NCBI RefSeq assembly: GCF_001457595.1
Contig: NZ_LN831039.1
Coordinates: 540,001 to 572,000 of the forward strand
Length of the DNA: 32,000 nucleotides
Reading direction: 5' to 3'
DNA from: Mycolicibacterium smegmatis
GTDB taxonomy: Bacteria > Actinomycetota > Actinomycetes > Mycobacteriales > Mycobacteriaceae
The first letter of the stretch is position 1, and every line of letters begins with the position of its first letter. Made by a program: the position numbers and the translations under genes. The notes under the pieces are model-generated. The model did not search any database and was not told the origin of the DNA. It saw only the letters and a program-made list of their open reading frames with translations. Below, one piece after another: positions 1-9,159 of this stretch.

Positions 1-824
1 CTCAGGTGAGGAGAATCCTGTGCTGCGGCGGCGCCCTTGCGCAGATCGAAACGTAGTACCACTCGCGCCGTGGTCTCGACTGCCGCACCACACGACTCAC
101 CGTCACCCTGTGCGAAGTGTCCGTCACCGACCGAGAACAGCGCTCCCGGTACCCACACCGGGAGGTGGACGCGACTGCCTGCGGTCAGGTGTTTGATGTC
201 GACGTTGCCGGCCGCCTCGGTGGGCGAGATGGTGCGCCGTCCCGGATCCGCCGCGCGGTCCGGTGGCACGGCCGAGGTGGGATTGGGAAGTTCGACCAGT
301 CCACCGCCCTGCGCGGCGCGCTGTTCGGCCGCCTTGGTGCGGTCGAACAAAGCGCGGGAAGGTGCGACGCCCATGACGCCCATGAACGGTGCTCCCGGTA
401 GCCGCACGCCGGGCAGGTCCGCCGAATGCGCAAACCCGTCGGCGATCTCCCAGCGCACGATGTGTGGTTCGGTGAACTCCTCACGCAAGAATCCGAACCC
501 GGGAATGTTCAAGGTGGCTCCGAAGTTCCCGGTGTCCACGGAAAGAACGTCGACCACGAGGAGATCACCGGGTTCGGCACCTTCGATGTGTATCGGCCCC
601 GTGAGCGGGTGGATACGGGCCAAGTCGGCGCGGAGCACATCGTCGGCGGTCGAGGCGCGGCCGAACTGACCGTCGTAGCCGTCGCGGGTGTCGATCGCCA
701 CGATATCGCCGGGGACACAACGCAGTACGGCAGGAATGTCGGGATGCCACCGGTTGTGCCCGGCTCGCGGATCCGCGATGAGGGGTCGGTCCAGATCGAC
801 AGTGATCTCGTGCGTGACATTCAT
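1..824 (-). CDS. Acetamidase/formamidase family protein (FmdA/AmdA-like), 3' end truncated by the window edge
   Basis: Manual reverse-strand translation from ATG at 824: MNVTHEITVDLDRPLIADPRAGHNRWHPDIPAVLRCVPGDIVAIDTRDGYDGQFGRASTADDVLRADL...HPLTGPIHIEGAEPGDLLVVDVLSV...GFGFLREEF...APFMGVMGVAPS...NVDIKHLTAGSRVHLPVWVPGALFSVGDGHFAQGDGESCGAAVET. This is the typical acetamidase/formamidase pattern. It is absent from the supplied ORF track, probably because it has no in-window stop. ATGA overlap with the upstream amidase stop. Confidence 0.93.
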   Translation of the reverse strand, partial: MNVTHEITVDLDRPLIADPRAGHNRWHPDIPAVLRCVPGDIVAIDTRDGYDGQFGRASTADDVLRADLARIHPLTGPIHIEGAEPGDLLVVDVLSVDTGNFGATLNIPGFGFLREEFTEPHIVRWEIADGFAHSADLPGVRLPGAPFMGVMGVAPSRALFDRTKAAEQRAAQGGGLVELPNPTSAVPPDRAADPGRRTISPTEAAGNVDIKHLTAGSRVHLPVWVPGALFSVGDGHFAQGDGESCGAAVETTARVVLRFDLRKGAAAAQDSPHL

Positions 825-2350
825 GGTGCGCTCACTTTCGCTGGGAGGAACCCGCCGGTCGCCTCTTCGTACGCGTGCGCGACGCGCAACACGGTGGCGT
901 CGTCGAAATGGCGACCGACGATCATCATGCCCGTCGGCAGGCCGTCCACCAGACCCGCCGGCACACTGCACGCCGGGTGCCCGGATACGTCGAGGCCGGC
1001 CGTGTTGGCCATCATCTCCAATGCACGGGCGAGATACTCGTCGCGGGGAGCATCGGATTCCGGGATCGGCGTGGCCACCAGCGGCGTGGTCGGCATGACG
1101 AGGACGTCGAAGCGTGACAGCGCGTCATCGTACGCGGCCCGCAACCGGGGCACCAGGTTGCGGGCCTTTGCATAATGCGCGCCGTGGTGGCGTCGGATGG
1201 TGTGCCGCCCGGTCAGAAGTACGAGCTTCACGGTGTCCGGCAACAGTGTTCCGTCCGCTTGCCTGCGGGATCCGAAGAATTCGATCAACGCAGGGTCGTA
1301 CGCTCCCTGCCAATTCATCCCGTAGGCATTGCCGTCGACCATCTGGGTCGTCGCACCTTCCACGGCGATCACGTCCCAGATCTTGCGTCCGTGCCGGTGC
1401 CACGGAATCGACACGTTCTCGCACTGCATTCCCTGCGCACGCAACACGTCGACCGCGCGGCGAACAGCGTCGTCCACTCCCGGTACCGCCTCTGGGTGGC
1501 CGAAGCCCTCGCACAGAACGCCGACACGCATCCCGGCGACCGGTCGCTTCAGCTCCGCGACGTAGTCGGGCACGGCGACACGCGTCGGCTGACGCGGGTC
1601 GAGGCCATCGCGTCCGGCGAGGACCCCGAGGAGCAGGGCGGCGTCGGCAACGGTACGTGTCATGGGGCCCAGGTGGTCGAGAGTCTGTTCGATGGGGAAG
1701 GCGCCGGTGTAGGGGACGAGCCCGTGAGTCGGTTTGTGCCCGACGATTCCGGTGAAGGCGGCCGGCAGACGTACCGAACCTCCCTGGTCGCCGCCGGTGG
1801 CGATGTCGACTATGCCGGCCGCGACCAATGCCGCGCTGCCGCTTGACGACCCACCGGAGGTCCGTGTCGGATCCCAGGGGTTTCGCACGGGTCCGGTGGC
1901 GGAGGTGTGTGAAGCTCCGGAGAAGCAGAGGTCTTCGCACACCGCCTTGCCGGCGATCGTGGCGCCGGCAGCCAGCATCCTGCTGATTATGGTGGCGTCG
2001 GTGTCCGGGATGAACCCCTCCAGCGCGGCAGAGCCGTTCATCATCGGTACGCCCGCCACCGCGGTGTTGTCCTTGACGGCGACTCTGCGACCGGCCAGCG
2101 GACCGTCGGTGGATTCGGTGATATCGCACGTGACGTACCAGGCCCCGAACGGATTGTGTTCAGGCTCGGCCCATGTACGTGTCACCGCATCTGGGCGTTC
2201 ACGTTCGTAGAGCTCGTCGACGAGGTCCCACGAACGCAGGACTTCGGAGACGTGCGGGACGAACTCGGCGAGTTCTCCTTCGGAGAGTCCGAGACCGTAT
2301 GCGTCTGCGATGGGCGACAACTCGGTGACACCGGGGGTTTGGGAGGGCAT
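821..2350 (-). CDS. Amidase signature family protein
   Basis: 509 aa with GPLAGRRVAVKDNTAVAGVPMMNGS, TSGGSSSGSAALVAAGIVDIATGGDQGGSVRLPAAFTGIVGHKPTHGLVP: Ser/Gly-rich amidase signature with Ser-cisSer-Lys-type elements. Confidence 0.93.
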   Translation of the reverse strand: MPSQTPGVTELSPIADAYGLGLSEGELAEFVPHVSEVLRSWDLVDELYERERPDAVTRTWAEPEHNPFGAWYVTCDITESTDGPLAGRRVAVKDNTAVAGVPMMNGSAALEGFIPDTDATIISRMLAAGATIAGKAVCEDLCFSGASHTSATGPVRNPWDPTRTSGGSSSGSAALVAAGIVDIATGGDQGGSVRLPAAFTGIVGHKPTHGLVPYTGAFPIEQTLDHLGPMTRTVADAALLLGVLAGRDGLDPRQPTRVAVPDYVAELKRPVAGMRVGVLCEGFGHPEAVPGVDDAVRRAVDVLRAQGMQCENVSIPWHRHGRKIWDVIAVEGATTQMVDGNAYGMNWQGAYDPALIEFFGSRRQADGTLLPDTVKLVLLTGRHTIRRHHGAHYAKARNLVPRLRAAYDDALSRFDVLVMPTTPLVATPIPESDAPRDEYLARALEMMANTAGLDVSGHPACSVPAGLVDGLPTGMMIVGRHFDDATVLRVAHAYEEATGGFLPAKVSAP

Positions 2351-2386
2351 GTCTGGTTCCTGTTCAGATGTGGCGAGGACGGCCGG

Positions 2387-3424
2387 TCAGTCGGTTGCAA
2401 GGGCCGTACGGGCATTCGCGGCCAGGTCGGTGTTCACGTTGTTCTCATAGGAGGTGGCGTCTGACGGATACGCGGCGATGTTCTTGGTGAACAGGGAGAT
2501 CCGCATGTTGTTGTCCCAGGACTGCCGGGTTACGGTGACATCTTCGGCGTAGCCTTTGGCCTCGATCTCGCGTTGCACGGCCGCCTCGATGACTTCGCGG
2601 GAGAGGTCGGGAAAGTATTCGGTTGCGATGTCCACCGTTGCCTCGGGTTCGGAGTAGATGAACCTGGCCGCCTTGGCGATCGCGGTGACGACTCCTTGAG
2701 CCGCCTCCGGATTCTGTTGCAGATATCGATCGGTGGACGTCAGGCTGGAGAAGGCGAAAGGATTCCAGCTGGGATTTGCCGCGAAGGAGTAGACGACGTC
2801 GAGATTTTGATCGACCACTGCCTGGCTGACGGTGGGTTCGAAAGACAGTGCGTAATCGGCCTGCCCGCTGGCGACGGCGGCGAGTTCGCTGCCCAGCGCC
2901 ACGTTGACCAAACTGACGTCCCGCAGGGTGTCCTGTTCGATCAGATACGTCATGAATGCCCAACTCGTGTCCGGTTCGGGGCTCACCGCCACCTTCTTCC
3001 CCTCGAAGATCGAGGAGTTGTCGAGGGTGCCGTCATTGTTCTCGCGGCCGATGACGAAAACCGATGGTGCGTTCTGAATGGCGGCCACCACGACGCCCGG
3101 ACCGCCGTTCTCGTGAGACTTGGGGACGAAGACCGGGTCCTGGATCGAGAAGTCAGCCGATCCGCCCAGGACCGCCGTCCAGGACTGCGTCCCACCTCCG
3201 CCGGTGGAGATCTCGGCGTGAATGTTCTGCTCTTCGAAGTATCCCTTCTCCTTCGCAACGTAGAGCGGTAAATAGAGCAGAGACTGGAATGCCTGGCTGA
3301 TGCGGACTGCCGTTTTTCCGTCGGTGCGTTGCGGGGCACTGCCGGCGCAACCGCTGACGAGGAGCATGGTCAAGACGACGAGTGCGGCGGCGGGCGACCG
3401 AAGTCTTTTCCCGTTCATGTTCAA
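2387..3424 (-). CDS. NitT/TauT (NMT1/SsuA-like) ABC transporter substrate-binding lipoprotein
   Basis: 345 aa; lipobox LLVSGCAG; VRISQAFQSLLYLPLYVAKEKGYFEEQNIHAEI...GGGGTQSWTAVLGGSADFSIQDP typical of the NMT1/SsuA fold; adjacent permease and ATPase. Confidence 0.9.
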   Translation of the reverse strand: MNMNGKRLRSPAAALVVLTMLLVSGCAGSAPQRTDGKTAVRISQAFQSLLYLPLYVAKEKGYFEEQNIHAEISTGGGGTQSWTAVLGGSADFSIQDPVFVPKSHENGGPGVVVAAIQNAPSVFVIGRENNDGTLDNSSIFEGKKVAVSPEPDTSWAFMTYLIEQDTLRDVSLVNVALGSELAAVASGQADYALSFEPTVSQAVVDQNLDVVYSFAANPSWNPFAFSSLTSTDRYLQQNPEAAQGVVTAIAKAARFIYSEPEATVDIATEYFPDLSREVIEAAVQREIEAKGYAEDVTVTRQSWDNNMRISLFTKNIAAYPSDATSYENNVNTDLAANARTALATD

Positions 3425-3430
3425 TACCTT

Positions 3431-4264
3431 TCAGGACTTCTGGTGGCGGCCGAGGATGCGCTCGAGACCGGCGACGAGGATGTTGAAAACGAGGACCATG
3501 ACCATCACGATCGCGATGCCTGCGATGACGAGGGTGATGGTGAAGTTGGAACTGCCGCGAAGGATCATGTGTCCCACACCGGCGTCGGAACTGATGTATT
3601 CGCCGACGATCGCACCGACAAGTGCGAAGCCGATGTTGAGTTTCAGCCCGGAAACCACCCAGGACATCGCCGAGGGCACGACGAGCTTGCGGAAGATCTG
3701 TGACCGGGTGGCCCCGAAGGACTTCATCAGATTGACCAGGTCAGGGTCGGTCCGGCGAGCACCGCTGTACGAGGTGGTGAGGCTCACGACCACGCAGGAG
3801 AAGGCGACGATCACCACTTTGGAGGTCATCTCCGTGCCGAACCAGATGATCGTCAGGGGTGCCACGGCCAATACCGGGATCGAGCCGATTGCCGCGATGA
3901 ACGGAGCCGTGAGATCAGCGACGAACTGTGAGTACCACAGCAGCAGCCCCAACGCGGAGCCGCCGACGGCCCCGACCAGAAACCCGAGTATGACTTCGGA
4001 ACTCGTTACACCGATGTCGCTCCACAATTCACCGGAGACGGCACGCTTGTAGAGCACATTCCATACCGCGCTGGGACTACCGAACAAGAATGAGCTGATG
4101 GATCCGCTTCGTGCTCCCAATTCCCAAGCAGCCAAAGCAGATAGCACGATCCCACCCTGAAGTGCGTGGAGGATGACACGCCTTCTGCCCGGGGACGGTG
4201 TCGAGGTGCGGCGTCGGGGCGATTGCGGAACGGTGGCGGCTCGCTGAGGCAGTACGGTGGTCAT
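3431..4264 (-). CDS. NitT/TauT-type ABC transporter permease (SsuC/TauC-like)
   Basis: Start MTTVLPQRAATVPQ at 4264 within ORF 3431..4465; AWELGARSGSISSFLFGSPSAVWNVLY...EVILGFLVGAVGGSALGLLLWYS...FGATRSQIFRKLVVPSAMSWVVSGLKLNIGFALVGAIVGEYISSDAGVGHMI. Confidence 0.92.
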   Translation of the reverse strand: MTTVLPQRAATVPQSPRRRTSTPSPGRRRVILHALQGGIVLSALAAWELGARSGSISSFLFGSPSAVWNVLYKRAVSGELWSDIGVTSSEVILGFLVGAVGGSALGLLLWYSQFVADLTAPFIAAIGSIPVLAVAPLTIIWFGTEMTSKVVIVAFSCVVVSLTTSYSGARRTDPDLVNLMKSFGATRSQIFRKLVVPSAMSWVVSGLKLNIGFALVGAIVGEYISSDAGVGHMILRGSSNFTITLVIAGIAIVMVMVLVFNILVAGLERILGRHQKS

Positions 4265-4307
4265 CGGCTCTCCTTCGGGGATGTGCGCACATAGAGGTGC
4301 CAGGGCG

Positions 4308-5141
4308 TCATGCTGCACCCGGCTTCTGACCGATTCCGCGCCAGATCTTTTCGTAGAATTCGTTGAAGCGCGGTGCCAGTCGCCTTTCATTGATGTCGGT
4401 GCTGGTGGTGCCGAGGTCGATCGGAAATTCGGAGACGACCTCACCGGGCCGTGCCTTGAGTACATACACGCGGTCGGACATGGTGACCGCTTCTTCGATG
4501 TCGTGGGTCACGGCGACGACAGTCTTTCCGGTAGTTCGAGCCGTTTCTAGCAGCTCGCTTTCCAGCGCTATCTTGAGCGGGTAGTCCAACGCCTTGTAGG
4601 CCTCGTCCATGAGGATGATGTCGGGGTCCGTCACCATCGTGCGCATCAGTGCCGCACGCTGTTTCATCCCACCGGAGAGATCTGATGGGTACTTGTCCTC
4701 ATAACCTTCGAGCTTGTAGGTGGCGAACAAGGAGCGTGCTCGGGTGCGCGCATCTTTCTTGCGGACACCGCGGACCTCAAGGCCGAGGACGACATTTTCC
4801 AGCACCGTCCTCCAGGGGAACAGCAGATCCTTCTGCAGGACGTATCCGATGTGCCGGGACGTCGAACCGGTGACGTCCTCGCCGTTCACCAACACCGAAC
4901 CCGCCGTCGGGGGAACCAGGCCGGTGATGATGTTGAACAGGGTGGACTTGCCGCAGCCACTCGGGCCCACGATGGAGACGAACTCGCCTCGATCGGCACG
5001 CAGACTCAGTCCGCGCAGAATCTGGATCGGGCCCGTGGCAGCGGGGTACTCCTTGTCTATGCCGACCACCTCCAATCTTGGCGTCTGACGTTCCGTGGAC
5101 AAATCGTTCGCGAACGAATCAACTACCGACATATCGCTCAT
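4308..5141 (-). CDS. NitT/TauT-type ABC transporter ATP-binding protein (SsuB/TauB-like)
   Basis: Walker A GPSGCGKSTLFNII, signature LSGGMKQRAALMRTM, Walker B PDIILMDEAYKALDYPLK. Start could be 5156, 5141 or 5132 within ORF 4308..5489. The Walker B 'DEAYKALD' is a variant of the usual DEPFGALD. Confidence 0.9.
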   Translation of the reverse strand: MSDMSVVDSFANDLSTERQTPRLEVVGIDKEYPAATGPIQILRGLSLRADRGEFVSIVGPSGCGKSTLFNIITGLVPPTAGSVLVNGEDVTGSTSRHIGYVLQKDLLFPWRTVLENVVLGLEVRGVRKKDARTRARSLFATYKLEGYEDKYPSDLSGGMKQRAALMRTMVTDPDIILMDEAYKALDYPLKIALESELLETARTTGKTVVAVTHDIEEAVTMSDRVYVLKARPGEVVSEFPIDLGTTSTDINERRLAPRFNEFYEKIWRGIGQKPGAA

Positions 5142-5276
5142 ATATCGCAATCCCATCTCGTGTGCTGCCGTGGTGGCGACCTTGTGAAAGTTGCCCGGAG
5201 CAGTCACAGAACGACCGGTGAGCAACCAGATCCTGGATGTGTGCTGGCTAAAGCGAAGCACATGAAGTACCTGTGA

Positions 5277-5320
5277 GCAACCGATTGCGCAAAATGCCTT
5301 AAAGGTGGACAATCGATTGC
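5277..5320. promoter_or_regulatory. Pair of probable LacI-family operators (GCAACCGATTGC at 5277-5288; ACAATCGATTGC at 5309-5320)
   Basis: Both are CG-centred (near-)palindromes with core CAAYCGATTG, in a divergent intergenic region; centres 32 bp apart; a LacI-family gene lies close by. Confidence 0.6.
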
Positions 5321-5388
5321 GCACCCCGAACCTCATGTTGTTCGGGTGAGCCCACCAATCTGCGTTCGCCGTCCAGAGAGGAGGCGCG

Positions 5389-6561
5389 ATGTCCCTGCTT
5401 GAAGGAGTCCGCGTCGTCAGCTTCACACATTTTCTCCAGGGGCCGTCAGCAACGGCGCTCCTTGCTGATCTCGGTGCCACCGTCATCAAGGTGGAACCGC
5501 CGAGTGGCGCCTTCGAACGGTCGTGGTCCGCGCCGGACGCCTACCTGAACGGGGAGAGCGTCTTCTTCCTGCTCGGGAACCGCAACGTGGAAAGTGTCGT
5601 CGTCGACCTGAAGGATCCGGAGTGGCTCGAGGTGGTGCTCCGCCTGCTGGACGAGGCGGACGTGTTGATCGAGAGCTTCCGTCCCGGGGTCATGGATCGC
5701 CTGGGCCTCGGCTGGGAACGGTTGCGTGAGCGGAATTCTCGGCTCGTCTACTGCTCACTGTCGGGATACGGCAGCGATGGCCCGTACAAGGACCGACCCG
5801 GGCAGGATGTTCTGCTGCAGTCGATGGCGGGCATTGCGTCGGTCACGGGAACAGCCGACAGACCGCCGACGCCGGTGGGAGCCTCGCTCGTTGATCAACA
5901 CGGGGCAGTTCTCGGTGCTTTCGGGATCCTGGCCGCTCTGCACGGTCGAGATCGAACCGGGCAGGGAACACGGGTGGAGAGCAACCTGCTGAGTGCTGCG
6001 ATGGACCTGCAGATCGAACCCCTGTCGTACTTCTTGAACGGATTCGACGGCATCCGAAGTGCGACCGGTATCTCTTCTCCCTACTACAAATCGCCGTACG
6101 GGGTTTTCGCCACTGCAGACGGTTACCTGACGTTGTCGCTCAACGCGCTGGAGAAACTGGCGGAACTGTTCGAGGACAACTGGTTTCGGTCGATCGGTGA
6201 ACAGTCCTCCTATGCGCGCAGGGAAGAAATCAATGAGCGCGTAGCGGTGCATCTGGGGAAGCGTTCGACGGAGGAATGGACGACGCTGCTCGCAGCGGCG
6301 CAGATGTGGTTCGCGCCGGTCAACGGCTATGCCGAGGTGGTCGACGACCCGCAGGTCAACCACAACGGTTCGGTGATCGAGATCCAGCATCCCCGGGCAG
6401 GTGCGGTGAAGCTGCTAGCGCACCCGATCACTTACGACGGCCAGCGCCCGGGCGTGCGCAGCACGCCACCCGAACTGGGCGGCTCGAATCGCAAAGTACT
6501 CGCCGAACTCGGCTACAGCACAGAACACATCGATCGACTTCAGGCAAAGGTGCAGAAATGA
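5389..6561 (+). CDS. CaiB/BaiF family (class III) CoA-transferase
   Basis: 390 aa: LLEGVRVVSFTHFLQGPSATALLADLGATVIKVEPPSGAFERSW...FFLLGNRNVESVVVDLKDPE...ADVLIESFRPGVMDRLGLGWERLRERNSRLVYCSLSGYGSDGPYKDRPGQDVLLQSMAGIASVTG; AGAGGAGG upstream of the ATG. Confidence 0.95.
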   Translation: MSLLEGVRVVSFTHFLQGPSATALLADLGATVIKVEPPSGAFERSWSAPDAYLNGESVFFLLGNRNVESVVVDLKDPEWLEVVLRLLDEADVLIESFRPGVMDRLGLGWERLRERNSRLVYCSLSGYGSDGPYKDRPGQDVLLQSMAGIASVTGTADRPPTPVGASLVDQHGAVLGAFGILAALHGRDRTGQGTRVESNLLSAAMDLQIEPLSYFLNGFDGIRSATGISSPYYKSPYGVFATADGYLTLSLNALEKLAELFEDNWFRSIGEQSSYARREEINERVAVHLGKRSTEEWTTLLAAAQMWFAPVNGYAEVVDDPQVNHNGSVIEIQHPRAGAVKLLAHPITYDGQRPGVRSTPPELGGSNRKVLAELGYSTEHIDRLQAKVQK

Positions 6562-7340
6562 CGATCCAGGACAGCGTCGCTCAGAAGCAGTCCGAGGTTC
6601 GGATCCAGCTGGACCGCAGCGTGCTGCACGTCCTGCTGGACCGTCCCCGGAAGCGCAATGCACTCGACCTGACCATGATTCGGTCGATCTCTCGCGCAAT
6701 CGACGGGCGACCGACGGACACCAGGGTGGTGGTGATCAGCGGCGGTGCGTTCTTCTCCGCCGGCGCGGACATAGCGACGTACAAACGGGGTGACCAAGGC
6801 GAGATCGGTGAGATCACCCGCGCGGCAGGCGCGGTGATCGACACGATGACCACGGCGCCGATCCCGGTGATTGCGGCAGTGGAGGGGATGGCCCTGGGCG
6901 GCGGATTCGAACTGGCGATGGGTGCCGATATCGTCGTCGCCGGCGAGTCGGCTAAACTCGGGCTTCCCGAGGTGGCGCTGGGTTTGATTCCCGGATGGGG
7001 TGGGACGCAAAGGTTGTCAGCCCAGATCGGTATCCGGCGAGCAAAGCAGATCATCATGCTTCAGCAGACGATATCGGCCGAGGACGCCTGCACGCTCGGG
7101 CTTGTCAATGAAGTTGTCCCCGACGGCACAAGCCTGAACCGTGCACTGGAGATGGCTCACCAACTCGCGGCATCGTCCGCCACTGCTCTGGCAGCCACCA
7201 AGCGCCTCGTTTCCGGGATCGAGCGAAACTTGGCCTACAGCGATGAACGCGCGGCGCTCATGGAGTTGTTCGGTTCGCCGGACGGCATAGAGGGAGTAAC
7301 CGCCTTCGTCGAGAAGCGGCCCGCCAACTTCGGCCGCTGA
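6558..7340 (+). CDS. Enoyl-CoA hydratase/isomerase family protein
   Basis: Start MTIQDSVAQKQSE at 6558, ATGA overlap with the CoA-transferase stop; VISGGAFFSAGADIATYK, PIPVIAAVEGMALGGGFELAMGADIVVAGESAKLGLPEVALGLIPGWGGTQRL crotonase motifs. Confidence 0.95.
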   Translation: MTIQDSVAQKQSEVRIQLDRSVLHVLLDRPRKRNALDLTMIRSISRAIDGRPTDTRVVVISGGAFFSAGADIATYKRGDQGEIGEITRAAGAVIDTMTTAPIPVIAAVEGMALGGGFELAMGADIVVAGESAKLGLPEVALGLIPGWGGTQRLSAQIGIRRAKQIIMLQQTISAEDACTLGLVNEVVPDGTSLNRALEMAHQLAASSATALAATKRLVSGIERNLAYSDERAALMELFGSPDGIEGVTAFVEKRPANFGR

Positions 7341-7370
7341 CAGCCGAATCGGCGCCCCGCGCGTAGTCGA

Positions 7371-8399
7371 TCAGTCACGCGTCGGAGGCGCGGTGGTCTC
7401 TCTCACCAGCAGTTCAGGGGTGGGTTGGGTGACCACCGTGTCGGTCAAAGCCCGTCCCCCGAGATGTTCCATCAGAACATCCGCGGCCACTTCGCCGAGG
7501 CGCTGTAGCGGAAGCCTCACTGTGGTGAGTGCGGGATAAACGGTATCCGACACCCAGGTTGTGTTGATACCCACAATCGAGAGGTCCTCGGGGACACGCA
7601 ATCCCAGCCGCAACGCGGTTGACAGAGCTCCAACCGCGGCATTGACGCTGGCGACGACGACAGCGGTTGGCCCGTCCGGCTTTCCGAGGTTCGCACCCCG
7701 GTACAACGTGTTGAGCGCGGCGGAACCGGCATCGGCTTCCCATCCGGCGTCGACCACCCACGCGGCTTCTGACCGAAGGCCCGCGCTCGCGAGTGTTTCG
7801 AGATACCCCTCTTTACGCCGCTGTGCTGTGTCGTGGATCGCTGTGCCGGATATGAACGCAATTCTGCTGTGACCCAGAGTGATCAGATGCTCTGTGGCGA
7901 TACCGCCGCCTTTTTGGTCATCGAGGATCACCGATCCCACCCGGCCGGGGACTCGGGAGTTGATGGTGACCGCGGGGACACCTTCGAGCACGGCGGCCAG
8001 CATGTCGTCGTCAAAATCCTCACGCCTCTGGAGCAGTACGCCATCGACGCGGCCTTCACTCACCAGTCGTGACAGCTGTTGTGTACCGCGGGGTGGCGCG
8101 TCGATTTGGCCCAGTAAGACGTCGGTCGAGTGGCCTGAGGCGGCCATTTGCACACCGGAGAACATGTCGGCGAAGACGGCGTTGTTGACATCGGGAACTA
8201 TGAGACCGATTGTTCCGGAACGGGAATGACGTAAAGCCCGGGCGCGCGCGTTAGGTACGTAGTTCAGTTCGTCAGCGGCCGCGAGTACGCGTGCACGTGT
8301 GGCTTCACTCATCCGGGCGCGGGTGTCGCCACTGAGAGCCCGAGACGCTATCGAGACCGAGACCCCCGCGGCGCGTGCCACATCGGCGAGAGTTCCCAC
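7371..8399 (-). CDS. LacI-family transcriptional regulator
   Basis: 342 aa; N-terminal HTH GTLADVARAAGVSVSIASRALSGDTRARMSEATRARVLAAADELNYVPNARARALR, then a periplasmic-binding-like domain. Confidence 0.96.
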   Translation of the reverse strand: MGTLADVARAAGVSVSIASRALSGDTRARMSEATRARVLAAADELNYVPNARARALRHSRSGTIGLIVPDVNNAVFADMFSGVQMAASGHSTDVLLGQIDAPPRGTQQLSRLVSEGRVDGVLLQRREDFDDDMLAAVLEGVPAVTINSRVPGRVGSVILDDQKGGGIATEHLITLGHSRIAFISGTAIHDTAQRRKEGYLETLASAGLRSEAAWVVDAGWEADAGSAALNTLYRGANLGKPDGPTAVVVASVNAAVGALSTALRLGLRVPEDLSIVGINTTWVSDTVYPALTTVRLPLQRLGEVAADVLMEHLGGRALTDTVVTQPTPELLVRETTAPPTRD

Positions 8400-8441
8400 G
8401 CTGCCATGATAGGTGCCGACGCCGCAGAAGCCGCGCCAGGT

Positions 8442-9077
8442 CTACAGCGCGAGCCCCCGAATCGACCACACCGTGAGGTAGGCCAGCCCGAAGAACGCCG
8501 CGACGGCGATCGCCACGCCCGTCGACTGCACATATGCCAGCGGGGCGCGCATCCAGTCGAAGGTGGCCGCGACCACCGCGTCGGGCTGGGTGACCAGATC
8601 CCACGAGTTCCAGCGCTGGAACCGGCCGATCACCACGCCGATCGCACACAGTCCCACCGACAGCACGGCGGCCAACCATCCCCAGGCCGCGCCGAATTCG
8701 CGTGAGATCCGTGTGTGCACGAGAAGCAGCGACACCACCCCGAGCAGGATGCCGGTCCAGGCCGCGAACCCGTACTGCAGCACGTGCCGCCACAGCTCGT
8801 AGCCCTCGCCGAGGTGCACCAGATCAGTGACCAGGTAGGGGGCGTTGGGAAGGAACGCCAGCCAGACCAGGCCCAGCGGTATCAGCCAGAAACGCCGCTC
8901 CGCCAGGTCGAACGCGACCGCGCACAGCATCGGGATCCAGGCCAGGAAAAGGTTCCACACCAGGAATTTGGTCGGGTACGACAGGGGAGCGGCGGGATCG
9001 GTGAATCCCAGCGCCAGTGTCAGAGCCGTCGTGGCCGCCAGCGAGATGATCAGCAGGAACCCGCGCGCTTCGGTCAT
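8442..9077 (-). CDS. DUF1361-like multi-pass membrane protein
   Basis: Start MTEARGFLLIISLAATTALTLALGF within ORF 8442..9125; LVWNLFLAWIPMLCAVAFDL...LPNAPYLVTDLVHL...W..FQRWNSWDL matches the DUF1361 pattern. Confidence 0.78.
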   Translation of the reverse strand: MTEARGFLLIISLAATTALTLALGFTDPAAPLSYPTKFLVWNLFLAWIPMLCAVAFDLAERRFWLIPLGLVWLAFLPNAPYLVTDLVHLGEGYELWRHVLQYGFAAWTGILLGVVSLLLVHTRISREFGAAWGWLAAVLSVGLCAIGVVIGRFQRWNSWDLVTQPDAVVAATFDWMRAPLAYVQSTGVAIAVAAFFGLAYLTVWSIRGLAL

Positions 9078-9112
9078 GCGATCAGTGTGCCTTCCGCGCT
9101 GGTGCCACAACG

Positions 9113-9147
9113 AGAAGAGGGGCACCCACGTGGGGTGCCCCTCTTCT
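9113..9147 (-). terminator. Perfect 15-bp stem/5-nt loop hairpin downstream of the first mini-protein gene
   Basis: AGAAGAGGGGCACCC-ACGTG-GGGTGCCCCTCTTCT, 13 bp past the stop codon at 9160. There is no clear T-tract, which is common for mycobacterial intrinsic terminators. Confidence 0.8.
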
Positions 9148-9159
9148 GACGTCGGGGTG

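Noticed and set aside
7341-7370. Possible terminator between the convergent enoyl-CoA hydratase and LacI genes
   Set aside because: Only short GC-rich partial complementarity was visible, not enough to claim a hairpin.
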